A stretch of DNA of 39,195 nucleotides from a virus (Duplodnaviria; Caudoviricetes). Position 1 is the first letter of the stretch; every line of letters starts with the position of its first letter. The DNA lies in the IMG/VR virus record IMGVR_UViG_3300044820_000043, positions 1-39,195 of that record; one strand, written 5' to 3'. A program made the translations under genes and the position numbers. Positions 1 to 9,136 of this stretch are shown here, in pieces. The notes beneath the pieces were generated by a model. The model was not told where the DNA came from. It made no database searches and saw only the letters and a program-made list of their open reading frames with translations.

Positions 1-2
1 GG

Positions 3-545
3 AACAACTTCACCGGGCTAGGGGCCATCGTCGAGGACTTCCGCGCGAACGTGTGCGCGGCCGCGCAGACTCCCGACACCAAGCTGTTCGGTCGCGCGCC
101 TGGCGGCTTGAACGCGACGGGGGAATCCGACGACCAGAACTATCGAAGCTCGGTCGCACAGGCGCAGAAGACCATGCTTACGCCGCAGGTGAAGGCGGGG
201 ACGAAGATCTTGATGCTCCATCGCTTCGGGAAGGTGCCTGCTAACTTCACCATGAAGCCGTGCCCGATCTACACCGAGACGGCGCAGCAGAAAGCAGCTC
301 GCCAGCTTGTGAACGCTCAGCGGGATCAGGTCTATGTGGAGCTTGAAGTGCTGGGCAAGCACACCGTCGCCAAACAGCTCAAGGAAGACCAGGTGTACGG
401 GGCGCTCGAAACGGCGGAAGTGCAAATGGTGAAGTCGCTCGAAGAATCGGCGACGGAAGCGCAGATGGAAGAGGCGAAAAAGCAAGCCCTACTTTTGAAG
501 GCCAAAGCCGACGCTCCAGGCACCAAACCCGTCAAGTCCGAATAG
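3..545 (+). CDS. Portal protein, DUF1073 family (5'-partial)
   Basis: Frame is open from the window edge (NNFTGLGAIVEDFRANVCAAAQTPDTKLFGRAPGGLNATGESDDQNY), which matches the DUF1073 portal 'LfG.sP.GlNAtGesD..NY' motif. It lies directly upstream of the head morphogenesis gene. Confidence 0.85.
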   Translation, partial: NNFTGLGAIVEDFRANVCAAAQTPDTKLFGRAPGGLNATGESDDQNYRSSVAQAQKTMLTPQVKAGTKILMLHRFGKVPANFTMKPCPIYTETAQQKAARQLVNAQRDQVYVELEVLGKHTVAKQLKEDQVYGALETAEVQMVKSLEESATEAQMEEAKKQALLLKAKADAPGTKPVKSE

Positions 546-564
546 GGGGAATTTTCGTTTTGCC

Positions 565-596
565 GGTGTCTTGCGTATCCTGGGACGCAAGACACC
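565..596 (+). promoter_or_regulatory. Perfect 12-bp hairpin immediately 5' of the head-morphogenesis start codon
   Basis: GGTGTCTTGCGT (565-576) / ACGCAAGACACC (585-596) with an 8-nt loop; ATG at 598. Confidence 0.6.
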
Positions 597-597
597 A

Positions 598-1518
598 ATG
601 CTGCACGTACACGTCGCGCATCTCGTGAGCCCCGGCGCACAGCCGCCAGGCCACAGAAGCGAGCGCTTCCGCAAGCGGCTTCGACGTTTGAAGCCGGTGC
701 GGCCGTCGCATAAGTGCGAGCTTGACTACCGGGGGGATCTTCGGGTGCTGACCGGCGCTTTGAAGATTATCGCTACCAAGCACCTTTTGCCCGAGCTTCG
801 GCGGGACTTCCCCGGCCAGCTCGCGCACGACGCGGCCGTGCCTCCGCGCCTATCGCAGATCGTCGGTGACGTGGCTCGCCGCTTTGGAGGGGTGCAAAAG
901 CAGGCCGAGAAGATCGCTTCGCTCGCTGCACAGCGAACGCTCGCCGCGACTGACGAAAGACTCGCGCGCTCGATTCGCGATTCGATGGGCGTTAACATCG
1001 AGCCGTACCTTACGGGGCACGGAAACATCGGCAAGGTTCTTGGCGAGAAGGTCATCGCCAACGTGGACCTTATCAAGACGATCCCGGAAGAGTATTTCCA
1101 GGGGATCGCGGACCGTGTCGCGAACAATTGGCGTTCTGGTGGACGGTGGGAAAACATCGTCGGCGACATCGATCGCATGGGGGAAGACACCGACGCGCGC
1201 GCCGAAGTCATCGCCCGCGACCAGACCGCGAAGCTCAACTCTGCGTTCAACCAAGTACGTCAACGGGACGTGGGGATCGAAGAGTACGAGTGGGCGGCCA
1301 AGGACGACGAGCGCACGCGCACGGATCACTGGGCGCTCAATACGACCGTGCATAGGTGGGACGAGCCCGGTCCGCTCGAAGGCACCATCGACGGCGAGCC
1401 CTGTCACCCAGGGGAAGACATTCTTTGTCGGTGCGATGCGCTGCCGTACGTCGATCTCGATGCGCTCGAAGCGCGGCTAGGGCTGGGTCCGATGGACGAA
1501 GAGAGAGAGGCAGCATGA
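598..1518 (+). CDS. Minor head / head morphogenesis protein (SPP1 gp7 / Mu gpF family)
   Basis: Motifs IARDQTAKLN, YEW..KDDERTR..H and HPGEDILCRCDALP; located between portal and protease. ATG 598 preferred over TTG 571. Confidence 0.9.
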   Translation: MLHVHVAHLVSPGAQPPGHRSERFRKRLRRLKPVRPSHKCELDYRGDLRVLTGALKIIATKHLLPELRRDFPGQLAHDAAVPPRLSQIVGDVARRFGGVQKQAEKIASLAAQRTLAATDERLARSIRDSMGVNIEPYLTGHGNIGKVLGEKVIANVDLIKTIPEEYFQGIADRVANNWRSGGRWENIVGDIDRMGEDTDARAEVIARDQTAKLNSAFNQVRQRDVGIEEYEWAAKDDERTRTDHWALNTTVHRWDEPGPLEGTIDGEPCHPGEDILCRCDALPYVDLDALEARLGLGPMDEEREAA

Positions 1519-2765
1519 TCCACGTCCTCATGGTTCACGACCTGATGCCGACATCCGAGCGCACGGTTACGCCAGAAGGCTACCTCGTTGCGCCTGCGCG
1601 GTTGTCGCGTGTCGGTGTGCAGCGCTACCGAGCGCGCGAGCTTCGCGGTGCGGACGGGATGCCCATTTTCCCCGCCAAGCAGCCGGACGATATCGTCACC
1701 CTGATGCGGCCTCCGGAGGAAGTATTCGATCCCGAGTCCATCGCATCGTTCGAAGACATGCCCATCACGAATGGGCATCCCGATCCAGTCGCGTACCCGA
1801 ACGGGGTTACGGCGGATACGTGGAAGCTACTTGCCATCGGACACGTGCGCGATTGCAAGGCGCTGACGAAGGATGGGTACGTCGGCGGTCGCGTGCGCAT
1901 TAACGACAGCAAGGCTGTCAGTGACGTGTTCTCGGGGCGCACACAGCTTTCCGTCGGCTACGGATTCGATTGCGAGATTCGGCCCGGTGTCCACAGCGAC
2001 GGCCAGGCGTACGACGGAGTCATGCGCAAGGTGAGGGGCAACCATCTTGCGACAACGGACGTTGCCCGTGGCGGCCCTGGCTGCCGAATCGCAGACCACC
2101 AACCAACCGAAGAGGATCAGACCATGGCAACAGTGAAGATCGCAGTGGACAGCGTCGAGTACGAAGTGCCCGAAGGTACGGCCGCGACGTTGATCAAGAA
2201 ATTGAGCGGGGATCGTGAAACGGCGCTGACGCAGGCCAAAGAGAAGGAAGCCGCGCACGCAACGGCCGTTACCAGGATGGCCACGGACCACGCCAAGGAA
2301 TTGGCGGATCTGCGGGGCTCCACCATCGGGCTGGACAAGGTCGATGCGCTGGTCACCGAGCGGGTCAAGCTGTTGGGCGACTGCGGCGCGCTCTGCCCGG
2401 AGATCAAGGTCGAGGGGCTTTCCACGACGGCGATCCGTCGGGCGATGGTCGAGGACCTGTCGAAGCGAAGCACGGCGGTCAAGTCCGTCGTCGATGCAGT
2501 GCTGGCGGGGGTCGCCATCGACAAGGCGGGCGACGACCAGATCACGGTGGTGACGAACGCCGCCATCGCCTCGGTTCGCACGTCCACGCAGGACGCGGAA
2601 GCACGGCGAAATCAGATCGCCCGCGCGTTCGCCGCGCCTGGCGGGGATGCGCAGAAGAAGACGCCCGTCGCCGTCAACGCGGCGGACGCGGAATCCGAGA
2701 TCGAAGATCTCAGCGACGAAGCACACCGTCGCAAGACCATGGGACAGAAGCCGACCGGCAAGTAG
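1515..2765 (+). CDS. DUF2213 prohead protease fused to a scaffold domain
   Basis: ATGA overlap at 1515 with a GAGAGG RBS. Motifs TPEGYL..ARLSRVGVQ.Y, RPPEEVF..ESIASF..PIT.GHP, LSVGY and NHLA...ARGG..CRI.D; helical Ala/Lys-rich C-terminal half. Confidence 0.88.
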   Translation: MIHVLMVHDLMPTSERTVTPEGYLVAPARLSRVGVQRYRARELRGADGMPIFPAKQPDDIVTLMRPPEEVFDPESIASFEDMPITNGHPDPVAYPNGVTADTWKLLAIGHVRDCKALTKDGYVGGRVRINDSKAVSDVFSGRTQLSVGYGFDCEIRPGVHSDGQAYDGVMRKVRGNHLATTDVARGGPGCRIADHQPTEEDQTMATVKIAVDSVEYEVPEGTAATLIKKLSGDRETALTQAKEKEAAHATAVTRMATDHAKELADLRGSTIGLDKVDALVTERVKLLGDCGALCPEIKVEGLSTTAIRRAMVEDLSKRSTAVKSVVDAVLAGVAIDKAGDDQITVVTNAAIASVRTSTQDAEARRNQIARAFAAPGGDAQKKTPVAVNAADAESEIEDLSDEAHRRKTMGQKPTGK

Positions 2766-2813
2766 CCCAAGGCCGAAACCAAGTAGACCAACCCGCACGA
2801 AAGGAAAACCAAC

Positions 2814-3326
2814 ATGGCAGTGGATTTGGGAAGCGTCGGCAGCTTCGAGTTCGACAGGGGCTACGCCGGCCAAGTCATCGACGGATCTCTCGCGGTTCGT
2901 CGTTCGCGCAACGTGGAAAATTCGGAAGGCTTGGCCTGGGGCGCTCCAAGCGCCCAAGGCGCAAGCGGCGGCTGCGTTCCGTTCGACGGTACGCACACGC
3001 AGTTCGTCGGCATCGCCGAGAAGAATCCGATGCACCCCCTGCTAGCGGGCGTCGCCAAGTACGCCCAATACGATGCGGCGTCCGTCGTCGAGAGTGGCGC
3101 TCTGCTCATTCTCGCGGCCGAGGACGCGCGCGACGGCGACGAGGTTTTGATCCTCGTCGATGGCGGAACGGGCGCCGTCACTTGGGGCTCGTCGAAGGGT
3201 GGCGCTGCCAACGAATCGACTCGTTTCAGCACGCCTGGGATCTGCACCTACGAAGGTGCGGCGACGGCGGGACAACTCGCCAAGATCGTGCTGCGCGACG
3301 CTCGCGCGATTAAGACGACCACCTAA
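2814..3326 (+). CDS. Capsid decoration/cement protein
   Basis: 170 aa, Gly/Ala-rich beta-type sequence, strong GAAAGGA RBS, located between protease and major capsid. Confidence 0.7.
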   Translation: MAVDLGSVGSFEFDRGYAGQVIDGSLAVRRSRNVENSEGLAWGAPSAQGASGGCVPFDGTHTQFVGIAEKNPMHPLLAGVAKYAQYDAASVVESGALLILAAEDARDGDEVLILVDGGTGAVTWGSSKGGAANESTRFSTPGICTYEGAATAGQLAKIVLRDARAIKTTT

Positions 3327-3368
3327 CCCCACGGCGAAACCTCACATTTTCAAGGGAGAACACAGACC

Positions 3369-4541
3369 ATGAGTTTCAACATCGGAAAAGAAATCCCCGG
3401 TAAGCCGGGGCGACGTCTCGTCACCGTGGCCGACGGTTTCGACATGCAGAAAGAAGTTCTCGTGAGCGAGCGTCGCTTGCGAGAACTGCATGCGGCTTGG
3501 GCGCCGGACATCTCGAAGATCATCGGCGACGGTTCCGAGTTCACGCACTTCCCCGGTCGCGTGCAGGACGCCAACGAAGCCCTTTCGTTCGTCATCGGGC
3601 AGACGACCTACACCGAGGCCAAGGTGCGGGAAAAGCTCTATCTGAGCATGCAGTACCGGCAGTTGATGGAAGTCACGTCGGAAGCCGGCGAGTGGGCGGA
3701 TCAGATCCGCTTCGAAAAGGAAGACGGCGTCGGCGAGGCCGACTGGGGCAGCGACAAGGGCGATGATTTCCCATACGTCGATGTGCAGTACGACGACGAA
3801 AGCCACCCGGTGGCGCACGGGCGCATCGGCTACTATTGGACGCTGCAAGAGCTGCGGCAGACCGCGTACCTGCGGCGCCCCCTGAACGAGCGACGGCTCG
3901 CGCGGGCGCAGCAGGCGGCGGAACGTGCGCTCAACAAGGCGGCCTTGTTCGGCATTTCGAGCAAGAACATCAAGGGCTTCCTCAACCAAGCGCTCGCGCC
4001 CCAAGTCGCCGTGGGCGGGACGAATGGAACGGCCCTCAAGGGCAACTGGGACGCGGCCAGCGCTGACGACATCCTGTTCGATCTCAACTGGGGGCTGAAC
4101 TCCGTCTTCACGGCGATGGGCTTCAACTACGTCGCCACCGACATCGGGGTGCCGGTGCAGGCGTGGAACCGCATCGTCTCGACGGCGCGTAGCACGCAGT
4201 CGGACACGACCATCTTCACCTTCGCGGTCAAGAACAACATCTCGAAGGCCACGATGAACGTGGACATCAACATCCGTCCGATCTGGGGCCTCGATACGGC
4301 GGGCGCGGCCACCACGGGCGGCTCTGTCTCGGGCGCCAACAGCCGCGCGGTGTTCTGGGTGCACAATCCGGACATGGCCGTGTTCCACGTGCCCATGCCC
4401 CTTCGGTTCCAGGCTCCGCAGCTCGTCAATCTGCGCGTGAACGTGCCCGGCGAACAGCGCTGCGGCGGGTACGAGCTGCGCTACCCTAAGTCCATGCTGT
4501 ACATGGACAAGGTCCTCGGCACGGGCGGCAGCGCGCACTAA
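3369..4541 (+). CDS. Major capsid protein (DUF2184 family, HK97 fold)
   Basis: Motifs D.PYVDV, GY.WT.QEL..A, ALFG....IKGFLN and VPGEQRCGG.ELRYP.SM.YMD; AAGGGAG RBS. Confidence 0.9.
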   Translation: MSFNIGKEIPGKPGRRLVTVADGFDMQKEVLVSERRLRELHAAWAPDISKIIGDGSEFTHFPGRVQDANEALSFVIGQTTYTEAKVREKLYLSMQYRQLMEVTSEAGEWADQIRFEKEDGVGEADWGSDKGDDFPYVDVQYDDESHPVAHGRIGYYWTLQELRQTAYLRRPLNERRLARAQQAAERALNKAALFGISSKNIKGFLNQALAPQVAVGGTNGTALKGNWDAASADDILFDLNWGLNSVFTAMGFNYVATDIGVPVQAWNRIVSTARSTQSDTTIFTFAVKNNISKATMNVDINIRPIWGLDTAGAATTGGSVSGANSRAVFWVHNPDMAVFHVPMPLRFQAPQLVNLRVNVPGEQRCGGYELRYPKSMLYMDKVLGTGGSAH

Positions 4542-4557
4542 GCGCAACGGGGCGACG

Positions 4558-5004
4558 ATGAATTCGACCACGTTCAAAGCTCGGTATCCGCAGTTCGCTT
4601 CGAACGCGAATATCGACACGTACCTTTCGGAATCCCTCCTTTTCATTGGGGAGGCTTACGAAGAGTACGCGGACATGGCACAAGGGCTCTACGTCGCCCA
4701 TTCTTGCGCGGTTGAAGCGGAAGAAAAAGCGCGTGCGGAGGCTGCGCCCTCGGCGGCTTTCGCACGCGATGTAGTGAGTAAGGGGGCCGGCAAGCTCAGC
4801 ATTTCCCGCAGTGCGGAGCTGCTAGCCAAGCAGGCCGAAGATCCGTGGATGGCCACAACCTACGGCCAGCGGCTTTGCCATCTTCGAGACTTAGCAGGGA
4901 TGGGCGCGATTGCGTCCGGCGCTTTTCAGCGCGACGATAGCGGCACGGGTCTGTGCAACCCGGATCCTCTGGGCTTCCCAGCCGGTACAGGGGAGCCGAT
5001 TTGA
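4558..5004 (+). CDS. Head-tail adaptor (DUF4054 family)
   Basis: FKARYPQF N-terminus, LYVAH, 'VVSKGAGKLSIS' and 'W..TTYGQR' motifs; follows the major capsid gene. Confidence 0.8.
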   Translation: MNSTTFKARYPQFASNANIDTYLSESLLFIGEAYEEYADMAQGLYVAHSCAVEAEEKARAEAAPSAAFARDVVSKGAGKLSISRSAELLAKQAEDPWMATTYGQRLCHLRDLAGMGAIASGAFQRDDSGTGLCNPDPLGFPAGTGEPI

Positions 5005-5498
5005 TGGCTGTAGAGCACCGCACTTTTTACGGAGGGCTCGAAGGCTTCGCGCAACGGATGCGCTTGATGTACGGATTCGTGAAGGTGGGTTTCATCAAGG
5101 GGCGGTCGAATCCGGAGAAGGAAGACACCGGCTTGTCCGTCGCGCAAGTTGCAGCGTGGAACGAGCTGGGTACGCGCAACGCAGACGGCACGGAACACAC
5201 GCCCGAGCGCGCATTCATGCGTACGGGGATCCGCACGGGACAGAAGAAATTCGCGCGTCTCAATCGGATCAACTTGGTTCTCACGCTACGTGGTCAGATG
5301 ACCCACCAACAAGCGCTGGGCCTGCTTGGCGCGGTAGGGGCGGGCGAGGTGAAGAGGGCGATTGCGACCAGTAAGACGTGGGCTAAGCCGAACGCGCCCG
5401 CGACCATCGCAGCGAAAACGCGCGCTGGCAAGGTGGGCGATCAGCCTCTCAAAGACAGCGGCAACATGGAACAGGCCGTCACCTGGGGGCTTGAATGA
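5004..5498 (+). CDS. Neck/tail-completion protein (HK97 gp10-like)
   Basis: TGATG coupling at 5002-5006. Motifs VKVGF, VA.VAAWNE.GT, PERAFMR and PNAPATIA.K....QPL.DSG.M.QAVTW. Confidence 0.78.
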   Translation: MAVEHRTFYGGLEGFAQRMRLMYGFVKVGFIKGRSNPEKEDTGLSVAQVAAWNELGTRNADGTEHTPERAFMRTGIRTGQKKFARLNRINLVLTLRGQMTHQQALGLLGAVGAGEVKRAIATSKTWAKPNAPATIAAKTRAGKVGDQPLKDSGNMEQAVTWGLE

Positions 5499-5881
5499 GC
5501 CCGCTGCTCGACCTTTCCGAGATCGTCACCGATCCCGAATTCCTTTCGACCATTACGCGCCAGCGGCCGACTCAATCGTTCGTACCGGGGTTCGAAGGTC
5601 GCGTGCGCACGACCTACGTGGCTACGTCGTTGCAGGCCATCGTACAGCCCGTGAAGCCCGATTTCGTGGCGCCTTCACCGGAAGGGGAGCGCATGGATTC
5701 GTGGATCGAGATCTACAGCGCGCAGTCGATTTTCATGGTCGATGCGACCACGGAAAGCGACATCGTAGAATGGAACGGGGGCAAGTATCGCGTCATGAAG
5801 ACGGAGCGATACGAAGCGTACGGGTACTACGTCGCCTATGCCCAAGAGTATCACCCCGCTACGCCTACGGTGCCGTCGTGA
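5495..5881 (+). CDS. Head closure / head-tail joining protein
   Basis: ATGA coupling; 'AIVQP...PEGER', 'DIVEWNG.KYRV' and 'YGYY.A.A' motifs; neck position. Confidence 0.7.
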   Translation: MSPLLDLSEIVTDPEFLSTITRQRPTQSFVPGFEGRVRTTYVATSLQAIVQPVKPDFVAPSPEGERMDSWIEIYSAQSIFMVDATTESDIVEWNGGKYRVMKTERYEAYGYYVAYAQEYHPATPTVPS

Positions 5882-6504
5882 ATTTCACCGACCTTCTGTG
5901 CAACAACCTTTGTGGCATCATCAGGCAGGCGCTCGGCATGGCGGCGAACACAATCCGGCCGGCAAAGCAACATCTTCCCATCGGTAATCAGGGGGTTGAC
6001 TTCGGTACGGTGCTGGTGCTTTCGACGTCGGACGTCGCCACGCCCGAGTTGAGCCGACCCACGACGGGCGCGGAAGCAACGGACGTCGATCTCTATCTCG
6101 ACACGTGCAGAGAATTCTTGGCATCGGTGAATTTCTACCGCGCGCGGCGGGCGCCTACGCTTGCGTCCGAAGGTGCGTTCGTCGATGCCATGGGGATCAT
6201 GGAACAAAGCCAGTGGGCTTTCGACCAGGCCTCACGACTACCAACGCGGTTTTGGATCCCGTCCGTGCGGATTTTGCTTCAACAGAACGGGATTAGCTTT
6301 CTAGGGCAGCGAGGCCCGACGCGCGATCTGACGGAGCTTAACGACTCCATTTACGAGTCACGCGGGCAGGTAGATCTTGAGTTCGGGATCGTGAATCGAG
6401 AGGTAGCGAAAGTGCAATTCTTGGCCGCCTTGAACGCGCAGCTTATAGTTGCCGGGCCTGGCGGGGACGTCCATCAAACCGACATCGAGGTGCCCATACC
6501 ATGA
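5878..6504 (+). CDS. Tail terminator / neck protein
   Basis: GTGA coupling at 5878; directly precedes the sheath gene; 'SVNFYR' and 'RDLTEL....YESRGQVDLEF' motifs. Confidence 0.68.
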   Translation: MNFTDLLCNNLCGIIRQALGMAANTIRPAKQHLPIGNQGVDFGTVLVLSTSDVATPELSRPTTGAEATDVDLYLDTCREFLASVNFYRARRAPTLASEGAFVDAMGIMEQSQWAFDQASRLPTRFWIPSVRILLQQNGISFLGQRGPTRDLTELNDSIYESRGQVDLEFGIVNREVAKVQFLAALNAQLIVAGPGGDVHQTDIEVPIP

Positions 6505-7973
6505 GTCTCAACATTGATAATGTGATTGGTCTTACGATTGACGTCCCGACCCTTCCGCCCGCGACCGCGAGCTTGCAAGGGGTGGCCATCTTCGGGAAGT
6601 CCACCAAGCTCGCCGCGTACGAGAAGGTGAAGTATTTCACGCCCGACACGCTGGCGTCGCGCTTCTCGGCGTCGGACCCCGAGTACAAGGCGGCGCAAGT
6701 CGCCTTCTCGCAAAATCCGGCGCTCAGTGGTCTGTACATCGGACGACGTTTCGCCGCTGCGCAGGCTGGTGTACTTCTCGGTGGTGCGCATTCGTCGCTC
6801 GCCGATCTCAAAGCGATCGCAGCGGGGGCGTTCGACATTACGGTCAACACCACCACGATCCACGTGACGGCGCTCGACTTGTCGGGCGCGGCCGACTTCG
6901 CCGCCGTGGCTTCGCTGGTACAGACGAAGCTCGCGGCGGGGCTCGCGAGCACGACCTGCACGTACACGGCGGACGGGCAATTTCTCGTGACGTCGCCGAC
7001 GACCGGAGCCACGAGCCAGGTAAGTTTCGCAGACGTGGTGGACACGGACGCTGCCACGGCCGATGCGTTGGGCTTCTCCTCGGGCGCGGGGGCTGCGCGC
7101 ACTGTCGGCTTCGCGGCCGAGTCCACGGTCAATGACACTCTCGACGCGGCAAAGAAGTTCACGTCCGCTTGGTTCTCGTTCGGGCTTTCACGTGACGCCA
7201 CGTTGACCGACTTGCAGAACGCGGCAGACTGGGCGCTCGCCAACAAGAGTCCTTTCACGGCCACGACCAACAGCCCCGCTTCGTACGCGGCGCCGACGAA
7301 CAGCGATACCGATATCGCGGGGTATGTCAAGTGCAAGACGAATAAGTACGCCTTCGCGACGTACTCTACGTCGGAGCCCGACGCTGGACTGGGAGCGCTC
7401 GCGCGCATCGCGGTCACGGACTACACGCAATATCGGTCCGTCATCACCCTGTGGGGTAAGTCCATCGGTGGCGTGTCCGGCGAAGATCTCGATCAGGCGC
7501 AGTACGAAGGACTTCGTACCAAGAACTGCAACGTGGTGGCGCCGTTCGGGGCGAATTCGCCGATCTACACCTACGGCACCATGGGCGACGGCTCGTACAT
7601 CGATCAGGTGTTCGGGTTGACCTGGCTCGACAACGAGATCAAAACGCAGATCTACGCGGCCATGACCGCCGTGGGGCGCATCGCCCAAACGGACGAAGAC
7701 GTTGCCAAACTCGTCGAGGCTTTCGAGGTGGCGTTGCGCAAGGCCGTGGTGAACGGCTTGCTCGCACCGGGATACTGGCCCAAGACGGTCGCGGGCGTCG
7801 GTACGGTGAAGCCGGGGGATTTCCTCCGCGATGGCTTCTACGTCTACGCCGAGCCTGTCTCGTCGATGAGCCAGGCTGACCGCAACACGCGCGTGTCGCC
7901 TCCGATTACCGCGCTCGCGACGGGATCAGGGGCTGTTCAGAAAGCCAACCTGAAGTTGATTTTCAGCCCGTAA
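6501..7973 (+). CDS. Contractile tail sheath protein (DUF3383 family)
   Basis: 490 aa; 'F....PEYKAA...FSQNP...LYIGR', 'G.M.DG.YIDQVFGL.WL', 'NGLLAPG.W' and 'ADR..R.SPPI.....GSGAV' motifs. Confidence 0.92.
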   Translation: MSLNIDNVIGLTIDVPTLPPATASLQGVAIFGKSTKLAAYEKVKYFTPDTLASRFSASDPEYKAAQVAFSQNPALSGLYIGRRFAAAQAGVLLGGAHSSLADLKAIAAGAFDITVNTTTIHVTALDLSGAADFAAVASLVQTKLAAGLASTTCTYTADGQFLVTSPTTGATSQVSFADVVDTDAATADALGFSSGAGAARTVGFAAESTVNDTLDAAKKFTSAWFSFGLSRDATLTDLQNAADWALANKSPFTATTNSPASYAAPTNSDTDIAGYVKCKTNKYAFATYSTSEPDAGLGALARIAVTDYTQYRSVITLWGKSIGGVSGEDLDQAQYEGLRTKNCNVVAPFGANSPIYTYGTMGDGSYIDQVFGLTWLDNEIKTQIYAAMTAVGRIAQTDEDVAKLVEAFEVALRKAVVNGLLAPGYWPKTVAGVGTVKPGDFLRDGFYVYAEPVSSMSQADRNTRVSPPITALATGSGAVQKANLKLIFSP

Positions 7974-8006
7974 GACCGGGAAGCTCGAAAGGAAAGGTTT
8001 CTACCC

Positions 8007-8474
8007 ATGCGATCAATCAGCTTTTTGGACTGGGCGACGTTCATCAACACGGTACAGGTGTCTGGATTCGACGAGGGGGACGACGTGGTCACCTTCGAAT
8101 GGCTCGGCAAAGACACGCACTCGATAGGCGCTGATGGCTGCATGACGGTCTATCTGACGGCGGACCGTTCAGTCAAAGTCACGCTCGCGCTGGCGCCCAC
8201 GTCGAGCGGCAACATGATGTTGTCGAAGCTCTACGCGGCGCAGAAGGGCGGCCCGCGTACGCTCGTCCCCGTCACCTTCTCGGCGAAGGACAGCTACCGG
8301 CAAGATCGTATTGCCGGTTGGTTCGGCTACATCTCTTCGCCCAGCAAGGTGGGACGTGGGGCAAAGGCGGGCAAGATGGTGTGGGAGTTCACCTTCGAGC
8401 GCGGTGTGATGGATCTCAACGCACCCGACTTCGCGGGCATGGTGACCCAGGCGGCCGAGGCGGTAGGTCCGTAA
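8007..8474 (+). CDS. Tail tube protein (DUF3277-like)
   Basis: 155 aa following the sheath; 'GF.EGDD', 'IGADG' and 'VT..L..TS..N..LS' motifs; GAAAGG RBS. Confidence 0.82.
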   Translation: MRSISFLDWATFINTVQVSGFDEGDDVVTFEWLGKDTHSIGADGCMTVYLTADRSVKVTLALAPTSSGNMMLSKLYAAQKGGPRTLVPVTFSAKDSYRQDRIAGWFGYISSPSKVGRGAKAGKMVWEFTFERGVMDLNAPDFAGMVTQAAEAVGP

Positions 8475-8480
8475 GGCGCC

Positions 8481-8972
8481 ATGAGCAACGACGTTGAAAA
8501 GACCATCGGGGGCCGGCGCTTCCGCTTCGGACTGTTGCCGGCCGACCGTGGGTTTAAGGTGTTGATGATGGTTCTACGCAACCTCGGCGGACCTCTCGCC
8601 GAGCTTGCGGGGGGCGTCGGTAAGAAGGTCACGAAGTCCGACTTGCAGGCGATATCTGCAAAGTTGCTGGGCTCGGTCTTCTTCAAAATCAACGACGACG
8701 AAATTCGCACGGCCATGGAAGAGCTGTTCTCGGTGACGGCATGTCTGGACCAGGCCAAGACGGGCAAGGTGACGCTGGTCGATACGTTTCAGGGGCGTTT
8801 GCTCGACGCTTTCAAGGTCGCTATCGAAGCGTTCAAGGTGAACTACGCCGATTTTTTAGCCGGCGTCCTCTCACTTTCAAACCCAGAAACCGCCGCGACG
8901 ACGAGCCCAAGCCCCAATTTGGAACCGTCGCCGACTCCGACGACGTACCCGCCATCGAGTCCGCCAATATAA
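8481..8972 (+). CDS. Tail assembly chaperone (gpG-like)
   Basis: Located between tube and tape measure; contains an in-frame T-TTT-TTA slippery heptamer at 8852-8858. Confidence 0.78.
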   Translation: MSNDVEKTIGGRRFRFGLLPADRGFKVLMMVLRNLGGPLAELAGGVGKKVTKSDLQAISAKLLGSVFFKINDDEIRTAMEELFSVTACLDQAKTGKVTLVDTFQGRLLDAFKVAIEAFKVNYADFLAGVLSLSNPETAATTSPSPNLEPSPTPTTYPPSSPPI

Positions 8973-9136
8973 ACTGGTACATTTTCAAACCCTGTCGAGT
9001 AGATCCCCCACTTTGCCATCGACACGAGCTGTCCGACGGTACGTACACGCTGAATGATCTTGCGGACTTTCACGAGGTACTAGCCGAAGAAGAAGAATAC
9101 GAAGCTCGACGAAAGGAGCTACATCCCGATGAGTGA
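8481..9136 (+). CDS. Tail assembly chaperone, -1 frameshifted long form (gpGT-like)
   Basis: A -1 slip at T TTT TTA (8852-8858) enters the 8741..9136 frame (..WYIFKPC..LCHRHELSDGTYTLNDLADFHEVL..), which ends overlapping the tape measure start. Confidence 0.75.

Noticed and set aside
1827-7688. Long - strand ORFs (1827-3035, 3342-4646, 6443-7417, 7188-7688) and similar shadow ORFs elsewhere
   Set aside because: They are antisense shadows of well-supported GC-rich genes, with no motifs or RBSs.
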